Shown here in pieces: positions 12,150-25,478 of a DNA stretch of 64,000 nt. The number at the start of each line of letters is the position of its first letter. The first letter of the stretch is position 1. The stretch is from Rhynchobatus australiae (Eukaryota): NCBI GenBank assembly GCA_034780895.1, contig JAUZTB010000068.1, positions 26,732,507 through 26,796,506 on the forward strand, read 5' to 3'. The notes beneath the pieces were generated by a model that worked only from the letters and a program-made list of their open reading frames with translations, searched no databases and had not been told where the DNA came from. The translations under genes and the position numbers were made by a program.

Positions 12150-13295
12150 GCACTAGCAAAGAATAAAAGTGTGGAATGTTTTCTAAATGGGGAGAGAATT
12201 CAGGATTCAGAGGTGTGAAGGGACTTGGGAGCCCTGGTTTAGGATTCCCAAGGTTAACTTGCAGGTTGAGTTGGTAGTAAGGAAGGCAAATGCAATGCTA
12301 GCATTTATTTCGAGACAACTAGAATAAAAGCAAGGATGTACTGCTGAGGGTTTATAAGGCATTGATCAGACTGCATTTGGAATACTGGGAGTAATTTTTG
12401 GGTCCNNNNNNNNNNNNNNNNNNNNNNNNNNNNNNNNNNNNNNNNNNNNNNNNNNNNNNNNNNNNNNNNNNNNNNNNNNNNNNNNNNNNNNNNNNNNNNN
12501 NNNNNNNNNNNNNNNNNNNNNNNNNNNNNNNNNNNNNNNNNNNNNNNNNNNNNNNNNNNNNNNNNNNNNNNNNNNNNNNNNNNNNNNNNNNNNNNNNNNN
12601 NNNNNNNNNNNNNNNNNNNNNNNNNNNNNNNNNNNNNNNNNNNNNNNNNNNNNNNNNNNNNNNNNNNNNNNNNNNNNNNNNNNNNNNNNNNNNNNNNNNN
12701 NNNNNNNNNNNNNNNNNNNNNNNNNNNNNNNNNNNNNNNNNNNNNNNNNNNNNNNNNNNNNNNNNNNNNNNNNNNNNNNNNNNNNNNNNNNNNNNNNNNN
12801 NNNNNNNNNNNNNNNNNNNNNNNNNNNNNNNNNNNNNNNNNNNNNNNNNNNNNNNNNNNNNNNNNNNNNNNNNNNNNNNNNNNNNNNNNNNNNNNNNNNN
12901 NNNNNNNNNNNNNNNNNNNNNNNNNNNNNNNNNNNNNNNNNNNNNNNNNNNNNNNNNNNNNNNNNNNNNNNNNNNNNNNNNNNNNNNNNNNNNNNNNNNN
13001 NNNNNNNNNNNNNNNNNNNNNNNNNNNNNNNNNNNNNNNNNNNNNNNNNNNNNNNNNNNNNNNNNNNNNNNNNNNNNNNNNNNNNNNNNNNNNNNNNNNN
13101 NNNNNNNNNNNNNNNNNNNNNNNNNNNNNNNNNNNNNNNNNNNNNNNNNNNNNNNNNNNNNNNNNNNNNNNNNNNNNNNNNNTTTATAAGGCATTGATCA
13201 GACTGCATTTGGAATACTGTGAGCAATTTTGGACCAAAAACAAAATCAGCCATGACTGAATGGCAGAGCAGACTTGATGGTCTTTTGGTCTATTA
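12150..13295 (+). mobile_element. CR1-type LINE fragments flanking a large gap
   Basis: RDLG, VVRKANAMLAFISR and YKALIRLHLEY motifs. About 50 bp recur on both sides of the gap (12351-12405 and 13182-13235). Confidence 0.8.
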
Positions 13296-14469
13296 GGTCT
13301 TTCAGTCTGCCCTAAAGAGGACCCAACCAGGGCCCCTGCTTGGGTCATAACTTGTAACCATCTGAGATGAAAACTTAGCTCCTTTCAATAACTGCTGAAT
13401 GGAAGCTGAAGGCTAAAGTCATGAAGCTACCCAGTACTGGATTACTACCCTCATCCTTTCTCCAATTCCTCTCACACCAACTCTTACAGGTGTCCAAGAT
13501 GCATATTGGTTGTCAAAATGGCCATTAGCTCTATTCAATGTATGGATCCTGTGTCTCTGAACACTTTGGCACTTTTATAAGGACACAGGTTCCTCGCAGT
13601 GGATGCAATTTGAGCAGCTTATCCGTGACTGTTAGATCATCACTTATATAGATTTGAAATTTAACAATAACAGGTGTGAAGTTGCTCTTGATCAGCAATG
13701 CAGACTGGACACAAAAAGCAGTCAACACTTCATTTCATAATGTGTCTGATATTGTTTATGATGGAACATATAGAAGTGGTTTAAGCCTAAGATCATAGAC
13801 TATGTTCAAAGCTTTANNNNNNNNNNNNNNNNNNNNNNNNNNNNNNNNNNNNNNNNNNNNNNNNNNNNNNNNNNNNNNNNNNNNNNNNNNNNNNNNNNNN
13901 NNNNNNNNNNNNNNNNCTGAATACNNNNNNNNNNNNNNNNNNNNNNNNNNNNNNNNNNNNNNNNNNNNNNNNNNNNNNNNNNNNNNNNNNNNNNNNNNNN
14001 NNNNNNNNNNNNNNNNNNNNNNNNNNNNNNNNNNNNNNNNNNNNNNNNNNNNNNNNNNNNNNNNNNNNNNNNNNNNNNNNNNNNNNNNNNNNNNNNNNNN
14101 NNNNNNNNNNNNTTAAATTTTAACTATAATTGAGTATTAGGTGCCAAATTATTAAAGCATGCTGTTAAAATCAGACCTGTGAAAGGGACAGGTATTTACA
14201 TTAGATTAATCTACAGTACCAGTGAATTCTGGTGTCTGGAACAATTTTTAATTACACTCAGAATGATGATAAGGAGCTTATTACCGGACTGAAAGGACAC
14301 ACACAAAGTAAGCTTCAGTTCTCTGAAGTCAGATACCTCAAACAACACTCATAACTTGGTGTAGTTCATGCTGAAGTGGAGGGACACGCAACACAGAGGA
14401 GTAAACAAATGAATTGTAAAAGATAACACTGATAACATTACTGCTGCATTCAGAATTATATATCCTTGA

Positions 14470-15368
14470 CTTGCACTGTCATTGTCAAATATCCCCCACC
14501 ATCAATGTTCTGACCAGTAGCTCAGCTGGACATAACTACTGTGGCTACAAGAGCAGATCAGATGTTGGAAATCCTGCAGCAAATAAATCAGCCCCTGGCT
14601 CCAAAATACTTTACCAACTTCTACAAGGCTCAAGACAGGAATGTAACTCCCCTATCACCAGGATGGATACAGTTCCAAGAGCACCCAAGAAGGTCAATAT
14701 TATCCAGGACATAGCAGCCTAGATGTTCACTCCATTTGCTGCACCTTTTGGCACAGTGTGTACCATCCAAAATAAAACTCTGCAATTACTGACTGAGAAT
14801 ATTTCAATGCCAGCTTCCAACCCTGTGACAATCAAAAGGGAAGACAATGATAGCAGGCTGTGGGATGTCCACCACCTTCTCCTCCAAGTGTTACGAACCA
14901 GCAACAACAGAAACACACCGAGACATGTATAAGTGTTAAAAACTACTTTATTAATAACTACTTNNNNNNNNNNNNNNNNNNNNNNNNNNNNNNNNNNNNN
15001 NNNNNNNNNNNNNNNNNNNNNNNNNNNNNNNNNNNNNNNNNNNNNNNNNNNNNNNNNNNNNNNTGTCTCTCTCTCTCTCTCCTTCAGACTGACTCCGACT
15101 GGTTGTTTCAACAACAACGTCATGACGTTCTTTATCTTCTATTGACGTAAGCATGCCACACACACACACACACACAATCTAAAAGGGACACTCACTAATA
15201 GTCCTAGTCCGTAACACAAGTTACTCACTAACTTGACTCAAATCAAAAAATGCCATTTTCTTCATTAAAGCTGGGCCTAAATTGGGGAACTCCCTACCCA
15301 ACAGCGCTGAGGAAGTACCTTCACCAGAAGAACTACAATGGTTCACCTTCACCTCATCAAGGGCAATT
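14470..15368 (+). mobile_element. Degenerate CR1/L2-group LINE 3' fragment interrupted by a solo LTR
   Basis: Similar to 37120-37408 and to the reverse complements of 50795-51600 and 61965-62440 (accacc...ctccaag, ggaactccctaccc, tcaagggcaatt). Confidence 0.6.
14889..15216 (-). mobile_element. Solo LTR with 4-bp TSD (Gypsy or ERV-like)
   Basis: Termini TGTTACG...CGTAACA (7-bp inverted repeat), flanked by CAAG at 14885-14888 and 15217-15220. A minus-strand AATAAA near 14947 suggests orientation. Contains CT and CA microsatellites. Confidence 0.85.
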
Positions 15369-16452
15369 CATCAACAAAAAACAATTCTGAACAGGAACAC
15401 CTGGCACATGGAAAGCTTACAGTCCCCTTTCTCAGACAAGAGTTCTGACGGCTTCTGAGACAGCTCTCCCACAAAGCCAAGCAAACAGAAATGAAGCACC
15501 AACACCCCAGCTATATGTTGAGTCACGTTGCATGGACCATGGACGTTGCGTGGACCTGTCCAGTATTTTAGCTACAGCAATTTAACACAAGGATTGGATA
15601 AGTAAGCTGCTGTTGAGAAGGCATTGAGTTGATTAAGTCACTCGAGTTTCTCAATTCTGCAAATCTGATGCCTATCAGGTTCACTTATAAGAAGAGATAA
15701 ATAATACATGATTTAAAATAAACTTGAATTTAAAAGAAACAAATCAAACAGCATAGATTCATGCCCAGTTTTATACTGAGCTCTTCAATAATTGCAAACT
15801 TATTGTTACTTATAACAGACAGACCACACAGAAAGCAGCCATTTAAAACATTCCTCTGAAATGATAAATAAAAGTGCCGAGCCATAATCTAAAAATGACT
15901 TTGTGATCAATTGAATTCCAATCCTTTTGTGGCTTGAATCAACCAACAGCAATGTATCATAACATTTGACTATGGTGTAGGCACAAGTCACCACTTTCAT
16001 TCTCTTGGGAGGACACAGAACAAACAGTTTAAATATATTCCCATGGTAGATAAAGGTGCTTATAGATTTGCTGCCACTGGACAATTTTAGTAAGGACCAT
16101 TACTATCAAGATTATTTTACATGTGATTCATGTTTCATTTACTGCTTCTGAAATTTTGTTAGTCATGAGTTAGTGAGGATATTTATGACTCCTTACAGGA
16201 CAAAAGAAAATCACAGAGCAAAATCTTTGGACAGAATTAGATTCATGAAGATTATTTCACACGGTAGATCAATGTTGTTTGACTGGAGACTACTTATTTT
16301 ACATTGGAGGTGAACTTTTACNNNNNNNNNNNNNNNNNNNNNNNNNNNNNNNNNNNNNNNNNNNNNNNNNNNNNNNNNNNNNNNNNNNNNNNNNNNNNNN
16401 NNNNNNNNNNNNNNNNNNCGTTTGAACCCTAGAAGAGGATTTATTTTTGTTG

Positions 16453-16625
16453 GAGTCAAAAGAGACTGCAGATGCTGGAATCTAGAGCAAAAAAACAAAA
16501 TGCTGGAGGAACTCAGGCTGCATCTGTGGAGGGAAATGGACAGTTGACATTTCGGGTCAAGACCTTTCATCTGGACTGAAAGAGTCAAAGGTTGATAGCC
16601 AGTATAAAAAGGTGCGGGGAAGGAG
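16453..16625 (-). mobile_element. Penelope-like terminal repeat with variant hammerhead motif (16541-16578)
   Basis: Minus strand reads cagtc CAGATGA A AGGTC TT GACCC GAAAT GTC aactg, then tccatttccctccacagatgc. Confidence 0.7.
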
Positions 16626-17903
16626 AATTTATTTTTGTTACTATTTATTAACTGGATGTGGATGCTCTGTTCACTTCTAATTGCCTCTTAAACTGAGTGA
16701 TTTGCGAGACCATTTCAGAGGTCAGGCAAGAATCAACAACACTTGGGATCCGGAATCATATATTGGCCAGACTAGATAAAATGATTTTAAACAAATTCCA
16801 CTCCCTAAACTTTCCATGGAGCTTCACATTAACCTGTGCTTCATATATTTGGCTAATTTTCCTTAAACAACCTAATAGTTAACGCCTGTACCATGCCTTG
16901 TAGAAAAGTATTTCATAAGCTAAAACAATGTACGTAAAGAACTTTCATCTAATCCCTGCCTCGAGTCTCAATTATAACTTAAAACTGAAGAAACCTTATT
17001 GCTGTCAGCCTAGAGAAAATAGACTTGCTCCATCGAAACCTCTTAATAATACTGAAGACTGACCAGCTGCATTTGTAGATAATTTGATTTGAAAAGGCTT
17101 CAACCTGTAGTTTGCAGTGGAGTATTATACCATCTGTACAGAATTTACTCTTGTAACCTTCAATCCACTTCAAATACAAAAGCTTGTCCCTCTTCCTTTT
17201 AACATTGACTTTCTTTGATGAGAATTTATTCCAGATATCAATTTACTTTGTCTGAGGGAGAAGGGATTTCTTCCAACTTCCAGTCTTGTTTCTCATGAAG
17301 TCTGGTAACAGTAATCATCTTCCCTCTTTCAGAGTTCACTACATTCAAAACAAAAACCAGCTTATGCCCATTTTATCCATTTGCAATAGAAACAACAGAG
17401 CATTCAGTGAATGTTTCTTTTCTAATTTCACTGAGTGAAGGATGGAACTCCCTGTGGAAATTGGGAAGAGCTAATATGTCAATGCTCTGCTATTTTCCAT
17501 ATTGCCTCTTTGAGGTGAAACATCTTCCGCCCATTACAAGGTGACAATTGAGCAAAAGGTAGAAATTCCTTCAGTACATTAAGAAAGATGGGGCATAAAG
17601 ACCACATACTAGGAACCAATGAAATTCGTGCCTGGAAAGTAACTCTTAGAGCTTGTTACTATTTTCCTGCAAGAAGGCAATGAAATATTATTTTTCTGGA
17701 TGAATGGCTTGTCTGAATGATGATCCAGGAAGTAATTAAACGTCCTCCTGCTTTCTCAGATATAGATTTCATATCAATGGGATGCTCTCCAAACTCTGGC
17801 AGTGATTAGTTTCAGATGCCACCCAACCTACACAATAACTGCTGGAGTTCCTGCATTTTGAACTTTGGGTAAGCGGTGTCTTTATAAGCCTGCATGGATG
17901 TAG

Positions 17904-18243
17904 TGTCACAATGTTGATCAAAGAGCAAGCTCGCAGAGAACCCAAATGCAGCACACCGATACAAGACTGGAGTCAGGANNNNNNNNNNNNNNNNNNNNNN
18001 NNNNNNNNNNNNNNNNNNNNNNNNNNNNNNNNNNNNNNNNNNNNNNNNNNNNNNNNNNNNNNNNNNNNNNNNNNNNNNGACCAACACTCTAGCAACTAGT
18101 GCTAGAGAAACCCAGGTACTTATGCTAGGCCCCTGATGGGGCTCAGGTGTGTGTCATTAAGTAATCAGTCCAGCATGATCCATGTGCTGTACAACAAGGC
18201 ATCTAAGGAGCCAAATTGAGGGCCAGAACTCAGAACCATGACA
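17904..18243. mobile_element. Solo LTR with 5-bp TSD (copy 1, gap inside)
   Basis: TGTCACA...ATGACA termini with TGTAG on both sides (17899-17903 and 18244-18248). Homologous to 45144-45554. Confidence 0.88.
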
Positions 18244-18349
18244 TGTAGAAGGGGAAAATAGTTAAATTTTCAGTAGCAACAATCAATTTGAAAGGTAATG
18301 CAGATAATGTTCACACAAACACATTGATAGCCAGATTTACTACAATCAT

Positions 18350-18502
18350 TCTGAATTCTAGAGCAATAAACAAGATGCTAGAGAAACTCAGCGGGTCAGA
18401 CAGCATTTGTGGAGGGAAATGGACAGTTGACATTTTGAGTCGAGACCTTTATCTGGACTGAGTCTGCTCCAGATTCCAGGATCTGCAGACTTTCGTGTCT
18501 CC
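18350..18502 (-). mobile_element. Penelope-like terminal repeat with decayed hammerhead motif plus short inverted end
   Basis: Minus strand reads cagtcCAGATAAaggtctcgactcAAAATGTCaactg. It is followed on the plus strand by tgctccagattccaggatctgcag in the opposite orientation. Confidence 0.65.
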
Positions 18503-18609
18503 ATTCTGAACTCTATCGTGCTACCCCAAAATTCCCTGAGTGTCACCTGGACAATGTTCCATCTAGGATCTGACCTTGTAATTTGACAAGACATTGTTTT
18601 GAATCTTCA

Positions 18610-18880
18610 ACACAGCACAGTTTACCAGTGGATGTGGAGAGAATATTTCTTCTTGAGGGGGCATCTAGACCTAGGGGTCATCCATCGAAGACAGAGATGA
18701 GGGGAAATGTTTTCTTTCAGATGGTCTTTAATCTTTGGAACTGTCTTCCTCAAAGGGGAGTAGATGCAGTGTCCTTGACTATTTTTTCATGGTTTTATTG
18801 AATGTCAGAAATGAATGACTGCTCCTACTCCTAATTTGCAGGTCCAATTGTATGCCCATGTGACTTATGACCTGCTCTGT
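18610..18880 (+). mobile_element. Degenerate CR1-type LINE 3' fragment
   Basis: VDVERIF, SRPRGH and NVFFQMVFNLWNCLP motifs. Confidence 0.7.
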
Positions 18881-20077
18881 AAAGAAAACAAAATGGAGAC
18901 CCTCTCAGCATTTTAATAATGGACTGTGCTTGAATTCATTGTCCTCACACCTGGTTACTGCCCCGAAAGGCAATCTGGTAACTCCCTACCTGGCTGCTGA
19001 CTAAACACACTTCAGGAGCTACTGAAGAGGAGGAAGAAACTAATAGTGGTCCGAGTTAGTCTGTGTCATACACTAGTTTTGTTCACCTGCTGGAAGGCTG
19101 GATCACAGGATCAAGGAGATGCTATTCATTGATTTTAAACAGAAATAAATACACAATCAATTTATTTAAAAACAATTATAAATATACCTATGTTTCTATG
19201 AAGTACCATCAGAAGCATAAGGTTATGATACACTCTTTAAGTTTATCAAATAAAGTAAAACATAGAGCTCTTTTAAATACTGGAGAGCTAAAATTTATAA
19301 GTCTGGCAATGATCATAACAACTTGATGAACAGTTTATAATTCTTCATTTTTATTATTCCATTTCACTTGGACAAGAGCTCTTTCCAGCAAGCAGGCGTC
19401 GCCCAATGTAAATCTCAACCCCATTTCTCAAATAGAGCTGACACTGCTGTACCAGGGACTAACTCCTCCATGAAGAATTTCCAGTCATGTTTTTTCATCT
19501 TATTTTAACAACATTTGGAAAGAAAGGGAAAAAAAAACACACAAGCAAAAATCTCAGCTGAAATCCGCAGATAAATATACAACCCTGTGGCCTCTGTAGC
19601 TTGATAAATAGTTCCTTGGATTTTTTTTTTGCCTGACACTTGCTCTAGAGTCACTCGACTCTTCATACCACTGAATCTCGTTGCTTTCCAGCTGTCCATC
19701 AAACAGTCCCATGGAACATCCAGCAGACTCCAAGCAAAGGAGTTTTATTCTTTCACTACTTTAGCAAAATGGTTGGCTAAAGAATTGAAAGGCTCACCCT
19801 GTGCTTTGAAAGAAAATGTCTATATTATTCACATATGAAAGGTTAGCTGCAGACAAGAATTACCATGTGTATACGATTTCATCTGTGAAATGGTTGATTT
19901 GAGGTGTACAGTCATCAGAATGAATTTCAGAAGTAGATTTTAAATGTATACAACAAGCTTTCAATGTACAGAATGGAGAACAATGTTCTACCCCTTATAG
20001 TTTTAATATGATTCTATTAAAGGTAAAATGTTTTGCACATAAGAAGTAATAAAGGAACCAAAACAAAATTAAAATGA

Positions 20078-20176
20078 CTGTTCTGATGAAAGGTCTTCAA
20101 CTTTAAACATTAACTGTGTTTTTCTTTCCACAGATGCTGCCTGACCTGCTGTGTGTTTCCAGCATTTGCTGTTTTG
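20078..20176 (+). mobile_element. Penelope-like terminal repeat, decayed hammerhead motif
   Basis: gttCTGATGAAaggtcttcaacttTAAACATTaactg...tccacagatgctgcctgacctgctg. Confidence 0.65.
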
Positions 20177-22282
20177 TAATTAAGGTACTATCAAAGTTTT
20201 TAAAAAAGTGACCACATTCTTGAATGGACTATAAATATTGGCAAAAAATGAAAATCCAGATTTTTTAAACATACATAACTGGCTCTAGATTTACTAAAAT
20301 TCCAGGGTTTGGAATGTAAAATGAAGAGCAAAACTATGAGAGGCTGCAATGTCTCATATTCATCTGGATGTTAAAAATTGAGCACTGATCTGATCTGGAT
20401 ATTTAAAATGTTAAAATTAAACATTGAAAGAGCAACTATTTTTTGCTGGTGAGCAATGAAAGATCAATGCTAAAATTAGAGTCAGACCATGAGAATGCAC
20501 AACAGGAAGTACTTTTTTTTGCAGTAAGGATGCTAGAAATTTGCTGTATATGTGAGCTCTGTGGAACTTTCAGGAACAAGATAGCAGGGTTGTTGTTACA
20601 TAGACAGTCAAGATGTTGGCAGCAAAGACTGGAAATGAGGTGCTGATCACATTTGATGTAGATGAATCATTCCTCCTACCATCACTGGAAAATGACATTC
20701 TGCGATAAACACTAATGTCATACTTTGGATAAATTATTTTGTCAGAGAATACAAAAGAATGTTTACAGGACAAAATGCAGATGTACTACTGAACAGGCCA
20801 TGTTAACATGTTGTAGCAATTTCTGAATGATTCTCTTCAAGAAACCTGTTAAAGTTTATCTATGTTAATGCAGTGAGCATCTTTCAGGCCACAAGTTTAC
20901 TTTCTTTATGGACAATTGTAAAACAAGATGTATTGACAAAACAGAGGCATTGGCCATTTATTTCTTATAACTGATGCCCAAAATTAGATGATGATGGATT
21001 TGCTACACTATTTGTTCAATGCCTGATACTTTATTTCATTGGTTTCAATGAAATTAAATGTCAGTGCTTTGTAGAACAGGTGGACAAGGCACTGCCCTCT
21101 ATTTTGTACCAGTGAGCAGGGTGAATTTCTACCTAAAGGTCATGGTTGAGCAAAACCTCTATTGTTAGCAAGTTATAAAATCTCTGGCCCTTCTTTGTAG
21201 GGATAGACAAAGTTAGAACCATCAGCAGAAATTAAGGAGAAATGATGAGTTAGTGTTAGTTTAAATCTATGTTTGAAAATTTAATTTAGTCATCCTTAAG
21301 ATTATTTGTGGGGGTGAGATGTGCACATGGTCTGCTGGAATACATAAAGGGCTGGTATTGCCTTCTCAAGGCATTTGTTATGGATGTTGGTAAGACCAAA
21401 GCAGAATACTTATCATTTACAGATGCTGAAACAGAGCAGGGTGAAAATAACCCAGGTGTTACTGTGTAAAGGTCGCTGAAGGTTCATGATCATTACAAGC
21501 AACCTGCCACTGAATTTAGCATAATTCAGCACAATATACAGCTGAATTATACAGCCCATCGGTTAGATGGCAGTTCATTCATAAGGAGATAGATACAGGA
21601 TCCTTGGAGCNNNNNNNNNNNNNNNNNNNNNNNNNNNNNNNNNNNNNNNNNNNNNNNNNNNNNNNNNNNNNNNNNNNNNNNNNNNNNNNNNNNNNNNNNN
21701 NNNNNNNNNNNNNNNNNNNNNNNNNNNNNNNNNNNNNNNNNNNNNNNNNNNNNNNNNNNNNNNNNNNNNNNNNNNNNNNNNNNNNNNNNNNNNNNNNNNN
21801 NNNNNNNNNNNNNNNNNNNNNNNNNNNNNNNNNNNNNNNNNNNNNNNNNNNNNNNNNNNNNNNNNNNNNNNNNNNNNNNNNNNNNNNNNNNNNNNNNNNN
21901 NNNNNNNNNNNNNNNNNNNNNNNNNNNNNNNNNNNNNNNNNNNNNNNNNNNNNNNNNNNNNNNNNNNNNNNNNNNNNNNNNNNNNNNNNNNNNNNNNNNN
22001 NNNNNNNNNNNNNNNNNNNNNNNNNNNNNNNNNNNNNNNNNNNNNNNNNNNNNNNNNNNNNNNNNNNNNNNNNNNNNNNNNNNNNNNNNNNNNNNNNNNN
22101 NNNNNNNNNNNNNNNNNNNNNNNNNNNNNNNNNNNNNNNNNNNNNNNNNNNNNNNNNNNNNNNNNNNNNNNNNNNNNNNNNNNNNNNNNNNNNNNNNNNN
22201 NNNNNNNNNNNNNNNNNNNNNNNNNNNNNNNNNNNNNNNNNNNNNNNNNNNNNNNNNNNNNNNNNNNNNNNNNNNNNNNNNN

Positions 22283-22460
22283 TGACATTCCCCTTATACC
22301 TTCCTCAAAATCACCTTAAAACTATGTCCCCTTGTGTTACCCATTGTCTCCCTGGGAAAAAGTCTCTGACTGTCCACTCGATCTATACCTCTCATCAACT
22401 CACCTCTCATCCTCCTCTCCAAAGAGAAAAGCCTGAGCGCACTCATCCTATCCTCATTAC
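22283..22460 (-). mobile_element. CR1-type LINE 3' fragment
   Basis: Reverse complement of the RGDLIEVY/GIDRVDSQ region. Similar to 31843-32268. Confidence 0.7.
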
Positions 22461-24164
22461 GTAGCACTTTTGATAAAGGATTTCCAATTATTGACAGGAT
22501 TGTGCTGCATCACTGCACAGGAGTCATAGAACAGTTGTTTCTGGATTACCAATCCAAATACTATATAAAGCCCAAATATATATAAAAATGAAGTGCTATG
22601 TTTAATGATGATTGTTTGAGGCAGATGGTCTTTTTGTATCAGTGACTTGAAGTCAACTCTTGATTCCATTCTAGAATACATGTGCTAAGTCAGACCTTTA
22701 AGTGCTTTGGATAAAACTTTCATTGCAACTTTCCCACTATTCAGTCTTGGTTGCGTTCATTTTATGCTCAAAACTGACTACACACATCATGAAGTGCTGC
22801 GCCTGTAAAAAATTAATCACGAACAAACTGGAATAAAGATTTTGTATTGCTAGTTTTGGACAGTCCCCAAGAAGGGCATGACTGGAAAACTTGAGATGGG
22901 TTTCCAATGTACTGGATTCAATTCAACAGTATTTTTATTGCAATGAATCCAAGAGATACAGGAAAGGATGTGATGCTATTGTCTCATGGTAGATTCCTGA
23001 AATGAATCAGAACACTACAACTCCTGCCGGGCATACTTATTGCTATTTAATTACAGTGTAGCAAACATGATATAAAACTCTAACCTCTGGGCTAATCATC
23101 CTAAAACTTGCTGGTGAACCTACAATTTTTCAAATTCTTTTTTTTAAAAAGAGAAACAAATATTAAGAATTTTTGAAGGACTTTAACAGTCTGGGACTGG
23201 ACATGTTGCATTAGGACACCTGCAACCTCATGGTCACCTCCTGTGTCTCATTTAAATGCTGCCCTTCTAACTCCTGTGTGGACTGATTGTGAAAAGGATG
23301 CTGGTAAGTAAAGTTCAGACAATGAAAGTTCACCATCTGCTTCCAGAGAATTTGGAAGGATTTCATAAAGGGAAGATTGGGAGAAGGAGGGAGAAGTTGG
23401 ATGAAGGAAATCTGGGGCAGGGGAATGTCATTGACTAACACAACGGAAAGTTTTAGTACATAGAGGGCTTTGGCAGCCTGTTCTATCATCCAACTGGCTG
23501 CAAATCTGTTCCTGGTCATTAGAGAGCTTCAGGGACTTTGCTGCTTCAGCTCAGTCAATGTTGCATCAAGGATCCAACTGGCATAGTGAGATGCTGACTG
23601 ACATTGATTTATGACTCCTCCACTTACTTTAAGAGGTCTTGCACATGTCCTCACAATATTGTTGTTAATAGTCAAAAATAGCCACTGTCTCCTCCGGTAT
23701 AAACTGTCCATTACCAGCTTCTCCGACACCTGGTGATGTGTGGGATTAGTGCTCAGAACTAATTATGATAGATTCTGAAGCAGCTTGAAGGGCAGCAGAT
23801 AAGCAGCGATGTATAAACTGGGCTGGAGAAACCTATTGACAAGGATGAAGGGAAAATGAATGAAAAACAAACCAATCTGAAGAGGAGAGGTAATGGGCAG
23901 AAGCCTAAAATTTTGCTTAAAATGTTCAACCTTTTTAGATCATTCCTTGAGATTTTGGGCAGGTGTCTGATAAGAAGGTCATTAAACTTGATTTAAGCCC
24001 ATGTTGCATTACAAATAAATGTGGGTTAATCCTTGTAGAGATTCATGGAAACTGAAATCATTAGAGAAGGTGTGCAGGATGGGAATGGTCCACTGCAGCC
24101 ACACGGTCACATGGAGCCACGTGGATCAAATGTCCTTTTTTTACATTGGAGTGAAGTTAATGGA

Positions 24165-24260
24165 GTGAATCTGCCTTATAGATCCTACCTAATTTTGATT
24201 CATTGATTTCAATGCAATAAAAATCAGGTGGGTTCCATAATGTGAGGGTAATTCATTCTG
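24165..24260. repeat. Degenerate palindromic MITE-like remnant
   Basis: Imperfect inverted repeat centred on cattgatttcaatg: atcctacctaattttgattcattga / tcaatgcaataaaaatcaggtgggtt. Confidence 0.4.
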
Positions 24261-24453
24261 TAGATCACCATCTAGATGGTGAAAGTGGAAATCTCTTCTC
24301 GCTTTGGCGTTTCTCTTCTTCACAAATAGTTGTCCTGAACTCAAGGGACAAACCTGTTTTTCATCCTTGATTCATTTTTCTCCCTATTCCATTTTAATAA
24401 ATAAATATTAAATAATATATTATTTTCACGGCCTCAGTCAGTTCTGCTCTCAC

Positions 24454-25195
24454 AGAACATAGAAAACGACAACACAGTACAGGCTCTTCGGACCGCAATG
24501 TTGTGCCGACATTTTATCCTGCTCTAAGATCTATCTAACCCTGCCCTTTATTTTTCTATCATTTATGTGTCTAAGAGTCTTTTAAATGTCCCTAACGTAT
24601 CTGCCCCCACAACCTCTGGAAGCAGTGCATTCCATGTCTCTGTGTAAAAAAGTTACCCCTGACATCCTCTTTATACCTTCTTCCAACCACTTTAAGATTA
24701 TGTCCCAGGTAGATAAATCAATGCTGTTTTCTTTAGAACAGAGGTGGCTGAGGAGAGATTTAACTGAGTTCTATAAAATTATGAGCTGTGCAGGGAGAGT
24801 AAAGAAAAAGGATTTATTTTCTTTAGCAAAGGGACCAGAAACCAAGGGCAGAGATTGAAAGAAATTGGTCGAAAGATTTGAGGGGAGGTGGGGAGGAGTA
24901 ATTTTAGCCAGAGGGTGGAAAGGGTTTGCCACTTCTTGCCTGAAAGGGTGGTGGAGGCTGAAATCTTGGACCATAAGATATAGGAGCAGAGTTAGGCCAT
25001 TCAGCCCATGGAGTCTGCTATGCCATTTGATTATGGTGGATTTATTTCAAGTACACATCTTGGATACGTATTTGAAGAGCCGTCACCTGTTGAGCTATGG
25101 TGCTGGAAGGTGGGAATTTCTTTTTTCTGGCATTTACACAACGAATTACACAAATGGCTTCATTCTCCATCATTACTTTTCTATGAGTCTATGAA
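24454..25195. mobile_element. Two adjacent CR1-type 3' fragments in opposite orientation
   Basis: 24454-24705 is minus (agaacatagaaaacgacaacacagtacaggc...). 24720-25195 is plus (LEQRWLRRDLTEFYKIM). Confidence 0.7.
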
Positions 25196-25229
25196 CTACA
25201 TTGGAAGGTTGAGCTTAACTGTTGAATAG

Positions 25230-25478
25230 ACCTCTTGTATGATAAAGATGAACTCTTCACCTTACAATCTACTTTGACATGGCCGTTGCAACTTATTGTC
25301 CACCTGCAGTGCACTTGCTCTGTAACTGTAACACTATATTCTGCTTTCTGTTATTGCTTTTTCCTTGTACTAGCTTGATGCACTTATGTTGTGAAAAGAT
25401 CTGTCTGGATGGTATGCAAAACAAGGTTTTTCACTGTACCTCAGTACATATAACAAAAATAAACCAATTACCAATTAG
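25230..25478 (+). mobile_element. LINE 3' UTR fragment (Rex1/Babar-like tail)
   Basis: atgcaaaacaaggtttttcactgtacctcagtacatataacaaaaataaaccaatt. Homologous to 60275-60465 and 57950-58085 (minus). Confidence 0.55.

Noticed and set aside
12352-13253. Long ORFs in the track made mostly of X (also near 4.5, 10.1, 21.6 and 30.1 kb)
   Set aside because: Artefacts of translating N gaps.
19505-19840. Short overlapping ORFs in unique sequence as a first exon
   Set aside because: No consistent splice donor, no CpG island and no recognisable peptide.
24265-24282. Perfect 18-bp palindrome TCACCATCTAGATGGTGA
   Set aside because: About 0.2 such palindromes are expected by chance in 64 kb (64000/4^9), and the CTCF resemblance is only partial.
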